From the NCBI GenBank assembly GCA_041662625.1, contig JBAZSB010000001.1, positions 246,467 to 310,466 of the forward strand: a stretch of 64,000 nt of DNA, in the 5' to 3' direction. This document shows positions 28,156 through 37,875 of this stretch, piece by piece. Source of the DNA: Patescibacteria group bacterium (GTDB taxonomy: Bacteria > Patescibacteriota > Patescibacteriia > Buchananbacterales > UBA6539). Numbering within the stretch: position 1 is the stretch's first letter; each line of letters opens with the position of its first letter. The notes beneath the pieces are model-generated. The model did no database searches and was not told the DNA's origin. It saw only the letters and a list, made by a program, of their open reading frames with translations. A program made the translations under genes and the position numbers.

Positions 28156-29403
28156 TTAGTTAAACCCAAAAATTGAAGAAAAAACTAAAACGAAGGTGGC
28201 CAAAATGATGCCAGCAATCGTCACCCAGGCAATTATATTATCAAATAGTTTATTGGTTTGATCCCCCATTATCCGTTTATTATTAATAATCAGCATCACA
28301 AAAATTAAAATGAACGGCAGTAAAATTCCATTGACATCCTGGGATAAAATCATGAGATTAATCAAAGAAATTTTTGGCAAAATGACAATGAGTGCCGGAA
28401 TAATGATGCTTAAAGCAATAATGGTATAAAAAGCTTTTCCATCTTTCCATTTGGTATCAAAGCCGTATTCCCAGCCGGCGGCTTCACAAATGGCGTAAGC
28501 GGTAGCCGTTGGTAAAATAAAAGCTCCTAAAACTGAGGCGCTAAATAAACCAAAAGCAAATAAAATTTCTGCCAGGTGGCCAGCCAGCGGTTCAAGAGCA
28601 ATGGCGGCATCCTTGGCGTCAGTAATTTGGATGCCGTGCTGGTAAAGGGTGGCGGCGGTACCAATGATAATGAAAAAGCTGACAATATTAGTGATAAAAG
28701 CGCCCAGATAGACTTCGGCTTTTTCCGCTTTGTAATGTTTAATTTCTAAACCTTTATCAACCACGTAAGACTGGATGAAAAATTGGCCCCAAGGGGTAAT
28801 CGTTGTACCAATCAAAGCAATCATTGCCAGAAAAAACGGGGTACTCCATTCTAAAGTTGGCCTGACCATGCTGGACAAAGCGTCGCCAAAATCCGGTTTA
28901 ATGATAAAACCATTAATAATATAAACTATATAGAAAGCCGAAAAAATCAAAAAGATTTTTTGGGTGGTCTTAAAAGAACCTTTATAAAGAATAAACCAAA
29001 TAGCCAAAGCAGCAATGGGCACGGCCAGATATTTAGAAATGCCAATGATTGATAATGAAGCGCCGATGCCGGCAAACTCTGCCGTCATGGTGCCGAGATT
29101 GGCAATCAGCATAGTAATCATGGCAAAAGCTGTCCAGCGCACGCCAAAATTTTCCCGGATAATGCCCCCTAAGCCCTGCCGCGTGACTAAGCCAATTCTA
29201 ATGCCCATTTCCTGAGTTACAGCTAAAGAAAAAGTGATCAAAAGCAATACCCACAGCATTTTGGTGCCAAAATGGGCACCGACAACTGAATAAGTCGTGA
29301 TTCCGCCGGCATCATTATCAGCATTAGCCGAGATTATGCCGGGTCCAACCACGCTGAAGAAAAATAAAATTTTATACCAATGGCGGCGTAATTTCTCTTT
29401 CAT
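28156..29403 (-). CDS. NRAMP-related divalent metal (probably Mg2+) transporter
   Basis: GPGIISANADNDAGGITTYS; GTTITPW; adjacent MgtE-like CBS gene. Confidence 0.88.
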   Translation of the reverse strand: MKEKLRRHWYKILFFFSVVGPGIISANADNDAGGITTYSVVGAHFGTKMLWVLLLITFSLAVTQEMGIRIGLVTRQGLGGIIRENFGVRWTAFAMITMLIANLGTMTAEFAGIGASLSIIGISKYLAVPIAALAIWFILYKGSFKTTQKIFLIFSAFYIVYIINGFIIKPDFGDALSSMVRPTLEWSTPFFLAMIALIGTTITPWGQFFIQSYVVDKGLEIKHYKAEKAEVYLGAFITNIVSFFIIIGTAATLYQHGIQITDAKDAAIALEPLAGHLAEILFAFGLFSASVLGAFILPTATAYAICEAAGWEYGFDTKWKDGKAFYTIIALSIIIPALIVILPKISLINLMILSQDVNGILLPFILIFVMLIINNKRIMGDQTNKLFDNIIAWVTIAGIILATFVLVFSSIFGFN

Positions 29404-29414
29404 AAAACAAAACT

Positions 29415-30629
29415 TTAGGCATCAGGCACAATATTTCGCATGATATCATCAACATTGACTATGCCGAGCAACCGTCTTTTACGGTCCAAAACTACAGCCG
29501 TAAACAAATTATATTTAGTCATGATTTTAATAATGTCACTGAATTTTTGCGCGGGTTTTAAAATCGAAGTGCTCGGGTAGGGTTTAAGCAGTTCTTGTAA
29601 TTTTTGGTTTGGTTCAGAAATTATGAGTCGCCGTAACGACACTGCCCCGTAAAAATATCTTTTTTCGTCAGTAACGTAGATATAAATGATTGACCGAAAC
29701 TTGGGCGAACTGGCCTTAATTTCTTCAATTGTTTGCTGAACTGTCCATTCCGGCCGGACCATCATGTAATCCAGACTCATTAAACCGCCAGCGGTATCAT
29801 CGGGATAAGTAATTAAATTTTCAACCTTTTCCACCACGCCGGCTTGAAGTTGGCCTAAATAAACTTTTGCCTCTTCTTTGCTTAAAGTTTTTATTAAGTC
29901 GACGACTTCATCAGTTGACATCTGGGACAAAATTTTACCGGCCCTATTCGGACCTAAAAATTTTACTAAAATTTTCTGCAAACGAGGGTCAACTTCTTCC
30001 AAAACTTTTGCCGCTTTCAAATCATCCAAAGAAGTGACCAGCTGGCTGCCCTGTTTAATGTTTAGGTCTTCAATGATATTAGCTAAATCAGCCGGATGAA
30101 GTTTATTCAGGTCTTTGGAAACAATATCCAGCTTTAATGTTCCTCTGACTGGCTGGGCAGAGCGCCAGTCAATTAGATGGACTGCACGCAGATTAAAAAT
30201 TTTTAATCGCTCAATACCAAGCCGTCGCATTAAACCCCGGCTAGAAATATCAACGCCGATGACACACATTTTTTCGCCAAAAATACCTAATCTTAAATCA
30301 TTAACTCGGACCACTCTGGCGCCGGCCATATCAACAATTTGTTGGTCTAAAATGTCTTTTTTCAAAAAGGTATAGTCTTCCCCGACTTCTTCCAACTGAT
30401 TGACATTGCTAAAAACATTTTTTAAAGAAATTTCCTGCCGGCTTAAATTTTCCACGTAGCGGTAAGGAATATAAATTATCTTCTTCGGCCTCTTAGTCTT
30501 GACTACTAAAAATTCCAAAGGGTCATATTCCCCGGCTTTTGGGATAATCAAAATATCCTTCAGACGGCCAATCACTTCATCGGCGCTGTCTTGGACCTTA
30601 CTGTTTAAGAGGTGGCTTAGATAAGGCAT
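29415..30629 (-). CDS. MgtE intracellular-domain protein (PRC barrels + MgtE_N + CBS pair)
   Basis: ILDQQIVD..VVRVND; LHPADLANIIE; TAGGLM; GIVNVDD; no TM region. Confidence 0.88.
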   Translation of the reverse strand: MPYLSHLLNSKVQDSADEVIGRLKDILIIPKAGEYDPLEFLVVKTKRPKKIIYIPYRYVENLSRQEISLKNVFSNVNQLEEVGEDYTFLKKDILDQQIVDMAGARVVRVNDLRLGIFGEKMCVIGVDISSRGLMRRLGIERLKIFNLRAVHLIDWRSAQPVRGTLKLDIVSKDLNKLHPADLANIIEDLNIKQGSQLVTSLDDLKAAKVLEEVDPRLQKILVKFLGPNRAGKILSQMSTDEVVDLIKTLSKEEAKVYLGQLQAGVVEKVENLITYPDDTAGGLMSLDYMMVRPEWTVQQTIEEIKASSPKFRSIIYIYVTDEKRYFYGAVSLRRLIISEPNQKLQELLKPYPSTSILKPAQKFSDIIKIMTKYNLFTAVVLDRKRRLLGIVNVDDIMRNIVPDA

Positions 30630-30777
30630 ACTTTTAAAAACTAAAAAATCCCCCGGTCAATTTCGTTTATTAACGCTAAGTTATATCTATCTTAATTATA
30701 CTCCAATAAATTATAACTAGACAAGAAAAATCGCCTTTTCAGCGATTTTTTGGGTCAATCATCATCTAGTTTTCTTT

Positions 30778-32574
30778 TTAGGCCTTACTCTTTTTGCGTT
30801 TAACCCGAGTGCGGTCTATTTCGGTTAAATATCTTTTCCGTAAACGAATATTTTTTGGGGTCACTTCTAAATATTCATCATTATTCATAATACTTAAGCC
30901 AATTTCCAAAGTCAGGGCTAAAGGTGGAGTCAAAATGATTGCTTCGTCTGAGGCTTTGGAGCGCATATTGGTCAATTGTTTGCCTTTAATCGGATTAACG
31001 CTCAAGTCCTTGCCTTTGGCCGCATTGCCAATAACCATGCCTTCATAAACTTCGGTATTTGGTCCGATATACAAATCGCCCCGATTCTGCAGGTTGGCCA
31101 AAGAATAAGCCAAAGTTTTCCCAGTTACCATTGAGACCATTGCCCCCAGTGAACTATGCTCAATTTCACCGGCTAAAGGCCGGAATTCTAAGAAATGGGA
31201 GCATAAGATCCCTTCGCCGCGCGTATCCATCATAAATTCGTTTTGATAACCCAGCAAGCCGCGGGTTGGCAATTCAAAAAGCAATTTAACCTGACCGTGA
31301 TGATTTTTTAAATCCATCATTTGCCCTTTTCTTTTGGCTAGTTTTTCAATTACTACGCCAGACATTTTTTCCGGGACATCAACTACCACTTCTTCAAACG
31401 GTTCATACTTTTTGCCCGCTATTTCTTTGATAATTACCTGGGGTTGCGAAACTTGCAGTTCATAACCTTCGCGCCGCAAATTTTCCAGCAGAATTGCAAT
31501 GTGTAATTCCCCCCGGCCGCAAACTTTGTAAAAAGCCGGATCAGAAAAATCGATTTTCAAACCAACGTTTATCTCCAATTCTTTTTCGAGGCGTTCCCGA
31601 AGCTGGCGGTTAGTGACAAATTTTCCTTCCCGGCCGGCAAACGGCGAATTATTAACCAAAAAATCCAAAGAAATTGTCGGCTCATCAATTTTAATTGCTG
31701 GTAGTGGCTCTTGATCAGGGTTAGCGGCAATAGTTTCACCAATATCAATATCTGGTAAACCGGCAATCATAACGATATCACCGGCACTGGCCTGATTAAT
31801 TTCCTGGCGCTTTAAACCTTCGAAAGTAAATAATTTGGTGATTTTACCCTTGTGCTTTTCACCGATTGAATTTATAACATAAACTTCCTGTGCTGCTTTA
31901 ACAGTTCCGGCATAAATTCGGCAAATGGCACAGCGGCCCAAAAAATTATCATAAGCCAGATTAAACGGCTGAGCCGCCAAAGGCAGATTAACCAAATTAC
32001 TGTCAGCGGGTTTTACTTTTTCTAAAATGAAATCAAGCAGTGGCGTTAAATCTTTTGTCTCGTCATTCAAATTGAGCTTGGCAATCCCCTGCTTGGACGA
32101 AGTGTAAATTACCGGAAAATTTAATTGCTCATCACTGGCGCCAAGGTCGAAAAATAATTCATAAACCAGGTCCACAACGTGCTTGGGCCGGGCCGTTGGC
32201 TTGTCGATTTTATTAATCACCACAATCGGATCAAGCCCTAATTCTAATGACTTTTTCAGGACAAATTTGGTCTGGGGCATGGGGCCTTCCTGGGCGTCAA
32301 CCAAAAGCAAAACGCAGTCAATTGAGCGCAAAATCCGCTCGACTTCCGAACTGAAATCAGCGTGTCCGGGGGTATCAACAATATTGATTTTAGTGCCTTT
32401 ATAAAAGACTGAGGTGTTTTTGGAGTAAATCGTAATCCCCCGCTCTTTCTCCAAATCATTGCTGTCCATGCTGCTGCTTTCGTCCGACATCCCCGTTTGG
32501 CGCATCAAAGCATCGGTCAGAGTGGTCTTACCGTGATCAACGTGGGCAATAATTGCGATGTTTCTAATTTCCAT
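30778..32574 (-). CDS. typA: GTPase TypA/BipA
   Basis: RNIAIIAHVDHGKTT, DTPGHADF, NKID, EVTPKNIRLRK. Confidence 0.97.
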   Translation of the reverse strand: MEIRNIAIIAHVDHGKTTLTDALMRQTGMSDESSSMDSNDLEKERGITIYSKNTSVFYKGTKINIVDTPGHADFSSEVERILRSIDCVLLLVDAQEGPMPQTKFVLKKSLELGLDPIVVINKIDKPTARPKHVVDLVYELFFDLGASDEQLNFPVIYTSSKQGIAKLNLNDETKDLTPLLDFILEKVKPADSNLVNLPLAAQPFNLAYDNFLGRCAICRIYAGTVKAAQEVYVINSIGEKHKGKITKLFTFEGLKRQEINQASAGDIVMIAGLPDIDIGETIAANPDQEPLPAIKIDEPTISLDFLVNNSPFAGREGKFVTNRQLRERLEKELEINVGLKIDFSDPAFYKVCGRGELHIAILLENLRREGYELQVSQPQVIIKEIAGKKYEPFEEVVVDVPEKMSGVVIEKLAKRKGQMMDLKNHHGQVKLLFELPTRGLLGYQNEFMMDTRGEGILCSHFLEFRPLAGEIEHSSLGAMVSMVTGKTLAYSLANLQNRGDLYIGPNTEVYEGMVIGNAAKGKDLSVNPIKGKQLTNMRSKASDEAIILTPPLALTLEIGLSIMNNDEYLEVTPKNIRLRKRYLTEIDRTRVKRKKSKA

Positions 32575-32690
32575 TGGCAAAAAATTAAAAGAATTACGAA
32601 TCAGCGTAATTCTCGGGTATCATTCCAATATGATAACAGTTTTTCGCTTTAATGTCAAAAATTATGTTAGTACGGAATTAAATGAGATAA

Positions 32691-32742
32691 AAAAAGCGGT
32701 TGGCAGCGGTAACCCTTTTGGGTCGTTGCTGTCAACCACTGT
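32691..32742 (-). terminator. Intrinsic terminator after the aminotransferase gene
   Basis: Long hairpin GGTTGACAGC..GCTGCCAACC followed by TTTTTT on the minus strand. Confidence 0.65.
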
Positions 32743-32768
32743 CAAAATAGAAAACGCTGGACTGTCCC

Positions 32769-34061
32769 TCAGTCAGCCAGTCGCTGGACTTCGCCGATGT
32801 TATCGACCACCTTCTGTACCGCCTTGGCGATGAGGTCCATGTTGCTTCTGGGACCCATCAAAATGGCATGGTGGACGACCACGCCACTGTGCTCGTTGGC
32901 TTCCTTACAGACCGACAGATCGAAGCGCTTGGGGTTAATCGCGTCCCAGTATTCATTGTCGAGGTGGTGACGCCGCTTGGTCCACGGCTTGTAAAGGTCG
33001 CACTTGTTCAATGAATCGTATGGCGGCTCGAAGGAACCGTCTTGGCCTTCTTCGAAACCGAGTTCGGCGTTCAGGGCCCGGCAGAATTTCCGATTGCCGA
33101 TTCCGAGATCCTCTGTGGCCAGACGAAACGCATAGTTGAAGTAGCTCTGCCGGGTGACTTGCGGCCGACGATACATCGTCAGAACGCCGGGAATCTGCTC
33201 CAACAGGCCGTTCAGATACTGGGCATTGTCATCGCGCTGGGCGACTTGTGCCGGTAAGCGGCTCAGTCCGCCAAGCAGGATTGCTGCTTGCCATTCCGTC
33301 AGCCGGCAGTTACCTGATTGCACGGTATTTCTTGGTTTGCCGGATCCTTCAAGGCCAAAGGCTTTGACGCCTGATTCGGCAAACGGCCGGCCGCAGTTAC
33401 GCAGCGAGTATAGCCGCTCGAACATCTTCCTGGTTTGGCAAGTGTTGTACCCGCCTTCACCACTGCTCAGGACTTTGGATTCCTGGAAGCTGAAGCAGCC
33501 AACATCGCTAAGGGTACCAACACCCTTGCCTTCCCATAACGAGCCGTGCTGGTGGGCGCAATCCTCAATGAGACGCAGATGGCGCTTCTTGCACAGTCGT
33601 TGCAGGCTTGCCATATCAGGCATGCAGCCGTAGAGATGCACGGCGATGACGGCTTTAGTCTTTGGCGTAATTGCCGCCTTGACCTTGTCGACGTCGATGC
33701 ACCAAGTGCTTGGTTCCACGTCAACCAGGATGGGAACGGCATTGACGTCGATGCAGGCCGCAGCCGTGGCTTGCCAGGTCATGCCTGGCACAATCACTTC
33801 ATCGAACGCGCCGATGTCGAGAGCTTCCAGCGCCAACTGGATCGCGACGGTTCCGTTGGCACAACAGGCACCGTATTTGGCGCCAAGGAAGGCAGCGAAC
33901 CGCCGGGCAAACTCCCATTCATAGGGGCCGTCATACGACCATTTCCCCGATCTGGTTATTGCCGCTAATCGTCTGACATCAGCTTCGTAGCCTCTTGGCC
34001 AGCGGGGCCATTTCTTACCAGGAGCAGCTACTGGCTTGCCACCGTTGATTGCCAGTTTCAT
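32769..34061 (-). CDS. DegT/DnrJ/EryC1/StrS PLP aminotransferase, BtrR/StsC (inosose aminotransferase)-like
   Basis: LAINGG..WPRWP, NGTVA, IEDCAHQHG, SFQESKVLSSGEGG; GC-richer than its neighbours. Confidence 0.9.
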   Translation of the reverse strand: MKLAINGGKPVAAPGKKWPRWPRGYEADVRRLAAITRSGKWSYDGPYEWEFARRFAAFLGAKYGACCANGTVAIQLALEALDIGAFDEVIVPGMTWQATAAACIDVNAVPILVDVEPSTWCIDVDKVKAAITPKTKAVIAVHLYGCMPDMASLQRLCKKRHLRLIEDCAHQHGSLWEGKGVGTLSDVGCFSFQESKVLSSGEGGYNTCQTRKMFERLYSLRNCGRPFAESGVKAFGLEGSGKPRNTVQSGNCRLTEWQAAILLGGLSRLPAQVAQRDDNAQYLNGLLEQIPGVLTMYRRPQVTRQSYFNYAFRLATEDLGIGNRKFCRALNAELGFEEGQDGSFEPPYDSLNKCDLYKPWTKRRHHLDNEYWDAINPKRFDLSVCKEANEHSGVVVHHAILMGPRSNMDLIAKAVQKVVDNIGEVQRLAD

Positions 34062-34201
34062 GATTCTCCCTCCTAAACGTGGAAGACAAAAAACGGAGGA
34101 ACACCCTCCTTGAACTTGCTAATTTTTTACCACGCCTGAATACAAAAGTCAATCTAAAACAAAAAACACTTGGCGATTAAACCAGTGTTTTTTAAACTAA
34201 C

Positions 34202-34699
34202 TTATTCAATCTTAATTACTTTGTATTCTATCACTGCATCTTTGGCCTTAATCCTTATTGTATCCCCAACTTTATGTCCTAAAATGGCCGAGCCAATCGG
34301 TGAATTGCGCGAGATAATGCCTTGGCTTGGATCAGTTTCCGAAGATCCCAGGATCAGATAAGTTTTTTGCTTGCCAGCAGTTTCAATAGTTACCTTGTGC
34401 CCCAGCTGAACCGTATCCGTGTTTTTGTTCGGCTTAATAATTACAGCGTGGTGCAGATAGTCTTCAAGCTCTAAAATTCTTTGGTTAATACTCCGCAGGT
34501 GTCCTTTGGCCATTTGATAAGCGGCATTTTCGGATAAATCACCCATCTCGGACAAACGCTTCACTTCCCGGGCTGCCTCCGGCTGGCTGGCTTTTAATTT
34601 GGCCAGCTTATCTTTAAATTCAATAAATTTATCCTCAGTCAAGTGAGGGTCAGGTTTGTCATGGGTATATTTACCCGGTTTTCTTATTGGTACTTGCAT
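34202..34699 (-). CDS. GreA/GreB family elongation factor
   Basis: GDLSENAAY, ISRNSPIGSAILG. Confidence 0.9.
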   Translation of the reverse strand: MQVPIRKPGKYTHDKPDPHLTEDKFIEFKDKLAKLKASQPEAAREVKRLSEMGDLSENAAYQMAKGHLRSINQRILELEDYLHHAVIIKPNKNTDTVQLGHKVTIETAGKQKTYLILGSSETDPSQGIISRNSPIGSAILGHKVGDTIRIKAKDAVIEYKVIKIE

Positions 34700-34709
34700 C
34701 TAATTACTT

Positions 34710-34952
34710 TTAATTCTTTATTAGTTTTATTTTCTCTTGTCGCGACAAAGCTTTGATTCTAAATTCTTCTTTTTGGGCACTTGACCGGGTGCGAAACTTT
34801 TTTGAGTAAACCAGTTTAAGGGGCCGCCGCGATCTGGTATATTTTGCCCCAAGTTTTGACAAATTATGTTCTTTCAGTCTCTTTTGTAAATCAATGGCAA
34901 TACCAGTATAAAGTGTTTTATCAGCGCACTTGAGGATATAAAGATAATACAT
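34710..34952 (-). CDS. Small GIY-YIG nuclease (UPF0213-like)
   Basis: YLYILKCADKTLYTG..RLKEHN..GAKYT. Confidence 0.92.
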   Translation of the reverse strand: MYYLYILKCADKTLYTGIAIDLQKRLKEHNLSKLGAKYTRSRRPLKLVYSKKFRTRSSAQKEEFRIKALSRQEKIKLIKN

Positions 34953-34971
34953 GCTTTGGTAATAATATTTT

Positions 34972-36207
34972 TTATTTTTGGCAAATATAAAATACGGGCG
35001 ACTTATCAGCCTGATCCTTTTTTGTCAGTGTGCTTCGGCGGTTGGCAGCGTCGGATTCTGAAAGTTTAGCCATCACGACAGTTTCAACCAGTTTAAACCC
35101 GGAATTTTGGATTTGCTTTTTGACTTCAGAAACGTTGGGGATATGGATATATTGCCATTGGTTTGTTTTTTTACCGTTGACGTTTCTTTGGAAAAAGCGG
35201 TCGCCAAATTCAAGTTCTTTAACCTTAAAGCCTAACGGTTTGAGAAGATAAAGTTTTAACCATTGCTTTAGCCAAAAAAATATATGGTACGGCGAATAGT
35301 ATCTTTGATGGGCGGTAAAAATAAAATAGCCACCAGGCTTTAAGACTCGATAAATTTCATCCAGGGCTTTCTGCCTTTTAGTCGAGCCGGGAATTTGCGT
35401 CCAGCCGTTATTGGCAAAAATCGCGTTGTCAAAAAAATTATTTTCAAATTCCAATTTGGTCGCGTCTCCTATCTGGTAATGAATATCCAACTTTTTAGCA
35501 GTGATGATTTTTTTGGCCGACTCAATCATCATGGGCGTAATATCAACGCCAAGAACTTGATAGCCTTTAAGATGCAAAGGAATAGTAGTGCGACCGGTGC
35601 CGCAGCCAATATCCAAAACACTGGAATTTTTTGGAAAATACTTGTCAATTACAATTTCCTCGCTTTGCCATAAGCCTTTCTCCGCCTGCGCCAAATACAT
35701 GTCTTTGGTCAGCTCAGAACTAAATTCATCTATAACGTCTTGCTGGAGCTCATTGGCGCAGTTAAAACTTTTTACTCGACTGGCGTTTATTAATTCTTCA
35801 GCCTTATTTTTATCTAAAAATTTGCCTAACTGATATTGCTTATCTGTCCGATTAGCAATAAACTGCACGGCAAAATCAGTAATTTTTCGTTGGACTGCAC
35901 CATCTACTTCCCTCTGTTCATCCATAAGCCTTGCTAAAATCTTATGGTCTGCTTGCCCATCTTCAAACCATTCCACCATTCCAACCGGTTCACACTCGAC
36001 AATACTGCTTATTGCCAGCTTTCTGTCTGAAATGACGTAACAATCTAAGCTGCCACCGTCAGACGCTTTAGTATCTAAAATATAGCCGTATGGATATGGA
36101 TAACTCAACGGAATTATGACAGTATCTAAAAATTTCCCGGTCTTTTCATCAAAGACATTTTTCTTGTTTAATTCACCAGTTTGTTCAATAAATACTTTTA
36201 TCACCAT
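34972..36207 (-). CDS. Fusion of a family-I pyrophosphatase-like domain and a class I SAM methyltransferase
   Basis: YPYPYGYI..SDGGSLDC..DHKIL, then VLDIGCGTG..GDA..RVLKPGG. Confidence 0.8.
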   Translation of the reverse strand: MVIKVFIEQTGELNKKNVFDEKTGKFLDTVIIPLSYPYPYGYILDTKASDGGSLDCYVISDRKLAISSIVECEPVGMVEWFEDGQADHKILARLMDEQREVDGAVQRKITDFAVQFIANRTDKQYQLGKFLDKNKAEELINASRVKSFNCANELQQDVIDEFSSELTKDMYLAQAEKGLWQSEEIVIDKYFPKNSSVLDIGCGTGRTTIPLHLKGYQVLGVDITPMMIESAKKIITAKKLDIHYQIGDATKLEFENNFFDNAIFANNGWTQIPGSTKRQKALDEIYRVLKPGGYFIFTAHQRYYSPYHIFFWLKQWLKLYLLKPLGFKVKELEFGDRFFQRNVNGKKTNQWQYIHIPNVSEVKKQIQNSGFKLVETVVMAKLSESDAANRRSTLTKKDQADKSPVFYICQK

Positions 36208-36240
36208 AACGCATTATCTCCTAATTTTAGTACTACTCTA

Positions 36241-36897
36241 CTATTTTACCTCTACACTCTCAATTGTCACAGCTGTAGTTGGCCGCGCAGAACTGTCAGT
36301 TGGCACATTTTTGATTTTATCGATAACATCCATACCAGAAATTACCTCACCAAAATTAGTATGTTTGCCGTCAAGCCAAGGCGTTTCAGGAATTACCACG
36401 ATAAAAAACTGGCTGCCGTTGGTGTTAGCTCCGGAATTAGCCATAGCTAATGATCCCTGGACTAATTTATGGCTATTAATTTCATCGGCAAATTTATAGC
36501 CCGGCCCGCCGGTTCCCCATCTGGCTTTTAGGCTGTCGTCTTTGGACAACGGATCGCCGCCCTGAATCATAAAGTCTGAAATTATCCGGTGAAATCTGGT
36601 GCCATCGTAAAAGCCGGCTTTTGCCAATTTAACAAAATTAGCAACGGTTTTTGGTGCATCTTCTTTGTAAAATTTTACGGTAAAACTGCCTAAATTGGTT
36701 TTAACAACTGCCTGGGTGATGTTTTCTAAATCACTAGCAGTAGTATCATTTTGGCTGGGCATAGTTTGGTTTTGGTTAACTGCCTGATTAAGATTTTGGG
36801 CAGGCTGATTTAAATTGCTTGACTCGGTATTAGCAGCATTTTGCTGACAACCAGCCAAGGTAAGACTGAAAACTACTAGAATAACTAATTTTTTCAT
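36241..36897 (-). CDS. Cyclophilin-type peptidyl-prolyl isomerase, lipoprotein
   Basis: Lipobox LAGC; FHRII..FMIQGGDP; NGSQFF; WLDGKHT. Confidence 0.95.
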   Translation of the reverse strand: MKKLVILVVFSLTLAGCQQNAANTESSNLNQPAQNLNQAVNQNQTMPSQNDTTASDLENITQAVVKTNLGSFTVKFYKEDAPKTVANFVKLAKAGFYDGTRFHRIISDFMIQGGDPLSKDDSLKARWGTGGPGYKFADEINSHKLVQGSLAMANSGANTNGSQFFIVVIPETPWLDGKHTNFGEVISGMDVIDKIKNVPTDSSARPTTAVTIESVEVK

Positions 36898-36907
36898 AAA
36901 TTATTTT

Positions 36908-37315
36908 TTAATTATTAATTTTGAAATCAGCCAAAAAATCTGCCATATATGACATTGCCGGAAGCTTTTTTATTTCATCAACATCAGCCCACTTATAATC
37001 ATCATGCTCAAAATTTATCCTTACTTCGCCGGCAATAACCTCGGCCATAAATATAATAAATTTAACTGATTTTTTGTTCAGTTCGCCAAAATATGTCCCA
37101 AGAATCTCTTTCGGTTTGATATCCAAGGCGGTCTCTTCTTTAACTTCCCTGATTAAGCTTTGCTCATCATTTTCCCCGATTTCCGCTTTGCCCCCGGCAA
37201 AATCCCATAGTCCCGCAAACGCCTTTTCAGTTTGACTTCTTTTTAAAATCAAAAGCTGAGTGCTTTTGATAATAACTGCCTTTTGCGTAATTATTTCTTC
37301 TTTTTGCTCAGCCAT
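36908..37315 (-). CDS. NUDIX hydrolase
   Basis: GGKAEIGENDEQSLIREVKEETAL Nudix box. Confidence 0.92.
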   Translation of the reverse strand: MAEQKEEIITQKAVIIKSTQLLILKRSQTEKAFAGLWDFAGGKAEIGENDEQSLIREVKEETALDIKPKEILGTYFGELNKKSVKFIIFMAEVIAGEVRINFEHDDYKWADVDEIKKLPAMSYMADFLADFKINN

Positions 37316-37322
37316 TATTTTG

Positions 37323-37517
37323 TTAATTAATGATATTTTTCACCCGGCCCACTTCCCCGCTAACTAAACGTACCTTTATCCCATGGGGATGATTTGAAGA
37401 ATTAGTTAAAATATCAGCCACAATGCCTGAGGTTAATTTTTCCGTCGGCTGGTCTTGCTTTTGCACAATCTCAACCCGCAAGCCAGGTTTAATATTTTCT
37501 CGGATAGTTCCGTCCAT
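37323..37517 (-). CDS. YwbE/DUF2196 family protein
   Basis: KQDQ..GIVADILT.S..HPHGIKVRL..G.VGRV. Confidence 0.9.
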   Translation of the reverse strand: MDGTIRENIKPGLRVEIVQKQDQPTEKLTSGIVADILTNSSNHPHGIKVRLVSGEVGRVKNIIN

Positions 37518-37525
37518 AATTTAAT

Positions 37526-37610
37526 TGGTAGCCCCAAGCGGAATCGAACCGCTGTTACATGGATGCCACCCTATTGGGTGGTCGCCCGAAAGGGCGAAGA
37601 ACCTGGCGTC
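37526..37610 (-). pseudogene. Interrupted tRNA-Glu remnant (T-arm, acceptor 3' strand, CCA)
   Basis: Minus strand CATCCATGTAAC AGCGG TTCGATT CCGCT TGGGGCT ACCA; 32-nt double hairpin in the anticodon loop; no 5' acceptor strand found. Confidence 0.65.
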
Positions 37611-37733
37611 TCCCGACGTCGCCGCATGCTTATTTATTCATCTCATTTTTACCGCCACGGGGAATCTCCGCCGATGGCGGATGCGCCTTTTTTTATTAAT
37701 TAAGGTGGCGCAGAACCCCAAATATTGGCAATT

Positions 37734-37805
37734 TAGCCCGTGGGAGAATCGAACTCCCGTTACATGGATGAGAACCATGCGTCCTAGCCGCTAGACGAAC
37801 GGGCC
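37734..37805 (-). tRNA. tRNA-Glu(CTC)
   Basis: GGCCCGT..CATGG TT CTC AT CCATG..GGGAG TTCGATT CTCCC ACGGGCT A. Confidence 0.93.
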
Positions 37806-37821
37806 ACGTATTTTGATTAGA

Positions 37822-37875
37822 TTGGTAGACCGGTAGGTTGGTAGGTAGGCGCCTACCGTTCTACTCCCTACTTAC
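37822..37875. repeat. GGTAG/CTACC octamer-array palindrome, copy 1
   Basis: ttggtaga ccggtagg ttggtagg..cctaccgttctactccctac. Confidence 0.7.

Noticed and set aside
37455-37794. ORFs across the tRNA-Glu region
   Set aside because: Antisense translations of tRNA and tRNA-remnant sequence
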